IMG/VR virus record: IMGVR_UViG_3300003894_000331
Location: 1-59,387 of that record
Length of the DNA: 59,387 nucleotides
Strand: one strand, 5' to 3'
Origin: a virus
Lineage: Duplodnaviria > Caudoviricetes
Position numbers and translations under genes: made by a program. The notes beneath the pieces were generated by a model that saw only the letters and a list, made by a program, of their open reading frames with translations, was not told where the DNA came from and did not search any database. Shown here piece by piece: positions 56,490 to 59,387 of this stretch (its first letter is position 1; every line of letters begins with the position of its first letter).

Positions 56490-58706
56490 TTATTTTCTTT
56501 GATGTTGTAACACCTCTTCTTGAGACATTGTAGGATCAATAGCCTCATCCATGTTATAGTTACCGGTTCTTAGTTCGTCTAACACATCAACATTACCACC
56601 GAAATCAGTAAAGTCATTAAGGTTAGCCATTGCTTTCACCCTATAAATCACTCCAGGTAATCTCTCACCTGTTTTATTTTTATAATACTCGATAGTCTCA
56701 TCATCATCGATACGCTCTATCTGTAATAATTTACCCCACTTAGTAAGGTTACTGCCAGAGAATAGTTTACCTACTCCTGTCTGCTTTCCTAAGTCATGTT
56801 CAACCGCTCTCACCTTACCATCAACAACAGTAGGAATACGAACTGTAAGTTTCTCCAACTGTTCCTGAGTAACAAGGACGTTTTCCATAAGGAATGAACC
56901 AGTATCCTCAACATCACCATTTTGATCAAGCATTGTTGAATTAGATGTTTGTTGGTAGATCTCATCAATAACAACTGGTGAGTCAAGCTGATTAGCTGTA
57001 CCGTTAATGTAAATAACATCACCAGACTCATGTCTACGCTTCTTGTTCTTGAGATACTTCTCAGTATCCTTACTTATACTATAAACTTTAGCGTTGTCTT
57101 TATGAGCATGATATAACCAACTCTTATCAGTATCACTGAGATTAGCATTCTTCAATAAAATGTCTGTCTTTTCTTCTGCAGTAAGGTTAGAATCGTAATA
57201 TACATCAAGAGCATCATACGCACCAGACCTCCTACGCAATACATTTTCAAAGTCCTTAACAGCTTCTTTGGAGAAACCTCCCTTTTTACCCTGATAGAAC
57301 TGCATGATGTTATATGCTGTGCTTATCTTATCGTTACGGTTAGCAAATATCTTCTTATACTCCTCAGGTAAACTAGCTCTGTACAGTCTAACATGTCCTT
57401 GATACTTACGGATGAAGTCATCCATTCCCTGCAATACATCTTCTCCTAAAGCAGCCTCTAAACCTGCATATGCTCCTGTCTCACCTGTCTCAGAAACAGA
57501 ACCAGTATCCCATTTCTGAACTTTATTAGCTGTACCCATACCGGTAGCATTAAGGAAGAGCTCCTTTTCTACCTGATTAGTCTCATTCATAACATCGATA
57601 ACACTCTGATTAGTGATAGACTCAAACCCTGGAACTGTATTTACTTTAGAACGGAAGAGATGTTTCTGATATGTATCATCGATAGCATACATAACCTCAC
57701 CTGCTTCTCTCTCAAGCTCAGAACGCTTCCTGTCATCAGTTTCCTGACGAATACGCTCAACAAGTTTATGATACTTACCATACTCTTCATTCATGTTAAT
57801 GGTCTTAAGTTTACCATCTTCAATGATAGGCTTCATCTCATTATCATACATAGGAAGGATTGCATTGTCATTAATAGCATTATACTTCATGAGATTATAC
57901 TCATCCTTCATAACACCATTACTTCTGAGCTGTTCCTCGAACTTTCTGTAATTATCCTGAATAACTCCTATTTTGTCCTCTCTAATCGTTTTATTGGTAT
58001 TCCTTACACTTTGGTCCTGTGCTAAGAGATCGTTAGCCTCACGTCCAGTATTAACCCCTGTGGTGAATTTTGCAGCACTATCTTCAATGTTGATACGATA
58101 GTTATTGAGAGCATTGTTTACATTATTGTTCAAACTCGCATCGATATCATCAGGAGCAGTAAATCCGAATGCACCATCATCGTCAATACCAACACCATAT
58201 TGTTTGTTCAGAAAATCCTCTTCAGTAACAAATCTCCCACCTCCATCTTTTCCTGGCACCCAATTAGTACGGCCACCATGAATAAGAACATTAGAGGCAT
58301 TGTATTGATTCTTTTCAAAGTCTGAGATCTTTTGTCCTCTATCCTCAACTGCTTTAGAAATAGAATTCAGCCTTATCCATTCACCATAATTCTGATTATA
58401 TGCATTCAGAGCAGCGGTCGCACCTGCTTGGTCATTATTGGCATATGAACTAATGAACTGACTTCTTGATGCGTCCAACCCCATCTTTGCCATAGCTAAA
58501 CCGGCTGACAACTGTTGTGACTGCAAAGGAGTACCTCCTCTTGTAATAGCATCAGGATCCGCTAGCATGTTGTTAATCTGACCTGCAGTTAACGATTGCT
58601 TTTTCTTCTGAGCTAATCTCATTACATTGGCAATGGTAATACCTTGTGGCATCACCTGTATAGGCCTTGCCCCGACCCTTCCTCTTGGTGCTGATGATGT
58701 AGCCAT
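56490..58706 (-). CDS. Internal virion (cargo/ejection) protein
   Basis: 738 aa with Ala/Gln-rich helical N-terminus; directly upstream of the vRNAP polyprotein. Confidence 0.55.
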   Translation of the reverse strand: MATSSAPRGRVGARPIQVMPQGITIANVMRLAQKKKQSLTAGQINNMLADPDAITRGGTPLQSQQLSAGLAMAKMGLDASRSQFISSYANNDQAGATAALNAYNQNYGEWIRLNSISKAVEDRGQKISDFEKNQYNASNVLIHGGRTNWVPGKDGGGRFVTEEDFLNKQYGVGIDDDGAFGFTAPDDIDASLNNNVNNALNNYRINIEDSAAKFTTGVNTGREANDLLAQDQSVRNTNKTIREDKIGVIQDNYRKFEEQLRSNGVMKDEYNLMKYNAINDNAILPMYDNEMKPIIEDGKLKTINMNEEYGKYHKLVERIRQETDDRKRSELEREAGEVMYAIDDTYQKHLFRSKVNTVPGFESITNQSVIDVMNETNQVEKELFLNATGMGTANKVQKWDTGSVSETGETGAYAGLEAALGEDVLQGMDDFIRKYQGHVRLYRASLPEEYKKIFANRNDKISTAYNIMQFYQGKKGGFSKEAVKDFENVLRRRSGAYDALDVYYDSNLTAEEKTDILLKNANLSDTDKSWLYHAHKDNAKVYSISKDTEKYLKNKKRRHESGDVIYINGTANQLDSPVVIDEIYQQTSNSTMLDQNGDVEDTGSFLMENVLVTQEQLEKLTVRIPTVVDGKVRAVEHDLGKQTGVGKLFSGSNLTKWGKLLQIERIDDDETIEYYKNKTGERLPGVIYRVKAMANLNDFTDFGGNVDVLDELRTGNYNMDEAIDPTMSQEEVLQHQRK

Positions 58707-58711
58707 AACGA

Positions 58712-59287
58712 TTAAATAAATTTGTTTAAGTACATTAAATCAAAGATTGATTGCTGCTTCTGTGTACCAATCAACCCTAACTGTGCTACCGATGTCTGTA
58801 GACTGTTGAGAGTCTCAGCATTTGCCTGGGTAGTAATCAAATTCTCTTTAGTCTGCATATCAAGACGTAGCTTCTCAGCTTCATTCAGTATACCTGAACT
58901 GATAACACTCTGCTTAGAGGCTGTCTCTGCTTCAGATGCTGCGTTGATATTACTCACTTCAGTTAAATGACCTGACTCAGCAACATTAAGGTCACTAAGA
59001 GCTTTCATTGTTCCTGCCATAATAGTAGGAAGAAACTCAGGACTACCTGACTCACTCACACCTCTTCGAGCTGCTGCTGATTCATCTTTGATAGCTTTTG
59101 CTCCTGCTCTGAATGGTGCAACATTTGGCTTGAGTACTGTTGGTTGTAACACCGGTGTATCAAACTGAGGTTTAGCAATAGTTCTTGGTTTTTGCCCTAA
59201 CATAGCAGCGTCAGTAAGAGCTTTTGCTCCATATACGCTGTAATTAATAATTGCCGTCTTATCTATAGGATTCCTTGGTTTAGTCAT
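58712..59287 (-). CDS. Internal virion (cargo/ejection) protein
   Basis: Start moved to ATG 59287 (MTKPRNPIDK); Ala/Ser/Gln-rich helical composition. Confidence 0.55.
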   Translation of the reverse strand: MTKPRNPIDKTAIINYSVYGAKALTDAAMLGQKPRTIAKPQFDTPVLQPTVLKPNVAPFRAGAKAIKDESAAARRGVSESGSPEFLPTIMAGTMKALSDLNVAESGHLTEVSNINAASEAETASKQSVISSGILNEAEKLRLDMQTKENLITTQANAETLNSLQTSVAQLGLIGTQKQQSIFDLMYLNKFI

Positions 59288-59291
59288 AACA

Positions 59292-59387
59292 TTACATATT
59301 TTCTGTTCCAATAATATTGTATCGAGGATCATTCTCCATCTCAGTCTGAATGTCCGTGTATTCATCAACATCACTAATCTTATGTGA
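59292..59387 (-). CDS. 3' end of an upstream gene (partial)
   Basis: SHKISDVDEYTDIQTEMENDPRYNIIGTENM-stop, ending 4 nt before ATG 59287. Confidence 0.6.
   Translation of the reverse strand, partial: SHKISDVDEYTDIQTEMENDPRYNIIGTENM

Noticed and set aside
36712-58970. Many 60-130 aa plus-strand and alternative-frame ORFs inside the giant and cargo genes, and similar ORFs at 563-2476 and antisense within 8.6-32 kb
   Set aside because: Shadow frames of long genes, with Ser/Leu/Ile-biased composition, often non-ATG starts and no motifs.
1-59387. Stop-codon reassignment (TAG or TGA read-through), known in some crAss-like phages
   Set aside because: Genes tile densely in the standard code, the 6550-aa frame is uninterrupted, TAG and TGA both end coupled genes, and the only tRNA has anticodon TAA (Leu), which is not a suppressor.

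Overview
A 59.4-kb, AT-rich piece of a tailed dsDNA phage genome, most likely a crAss-like (Crassvirales-related) phage of a Bacteroidota host, read in the standard genetic code. It has three blocks. (1) 1-7.2 kb, minus strand: start of the late/structural block, with a GroES-like co-chaperonin, a BppU-like protein and tail-fibre proteins, including an 883-codon ORF that runs off the left edge and is missing from the ORF track. (2) 7.5-33.7 kb, plus strand: an apparently complete early/replication block with many small orphans, tRNA-Leu(TAA), RadC/JAB, YubB-like, HNH, DnaB, SMC-like ATPase, Cas4-like nuclease, DUF932-like, beta sliding clamp, RusA-like resolvase, two adenine methyltransferases, a C5-methyltransferase remnant and an SSB-like protein. 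No DNA polymerase or primase is recognisable in it. (3) 33.8-59.4 kb, minus strand: tail proteins, internal virion proteins and a 6550-aa polyprotein combining an SF1 helicase, two zincin motifs, a two-barrel virion RNA polymerase (DYDID) and a SLOG-like insertion. The most unusual non-coding element is at 14187-14620: back-to-back Bacteroidota-type promoters that would drive a ~70-nt minus-strand RNA partly complementary to a leader ORF, followed by an attenuator-like hairpin in front of the 19-kb replication/anti-defence operon. All family calls come from motif recognition by eye; no database search was run.
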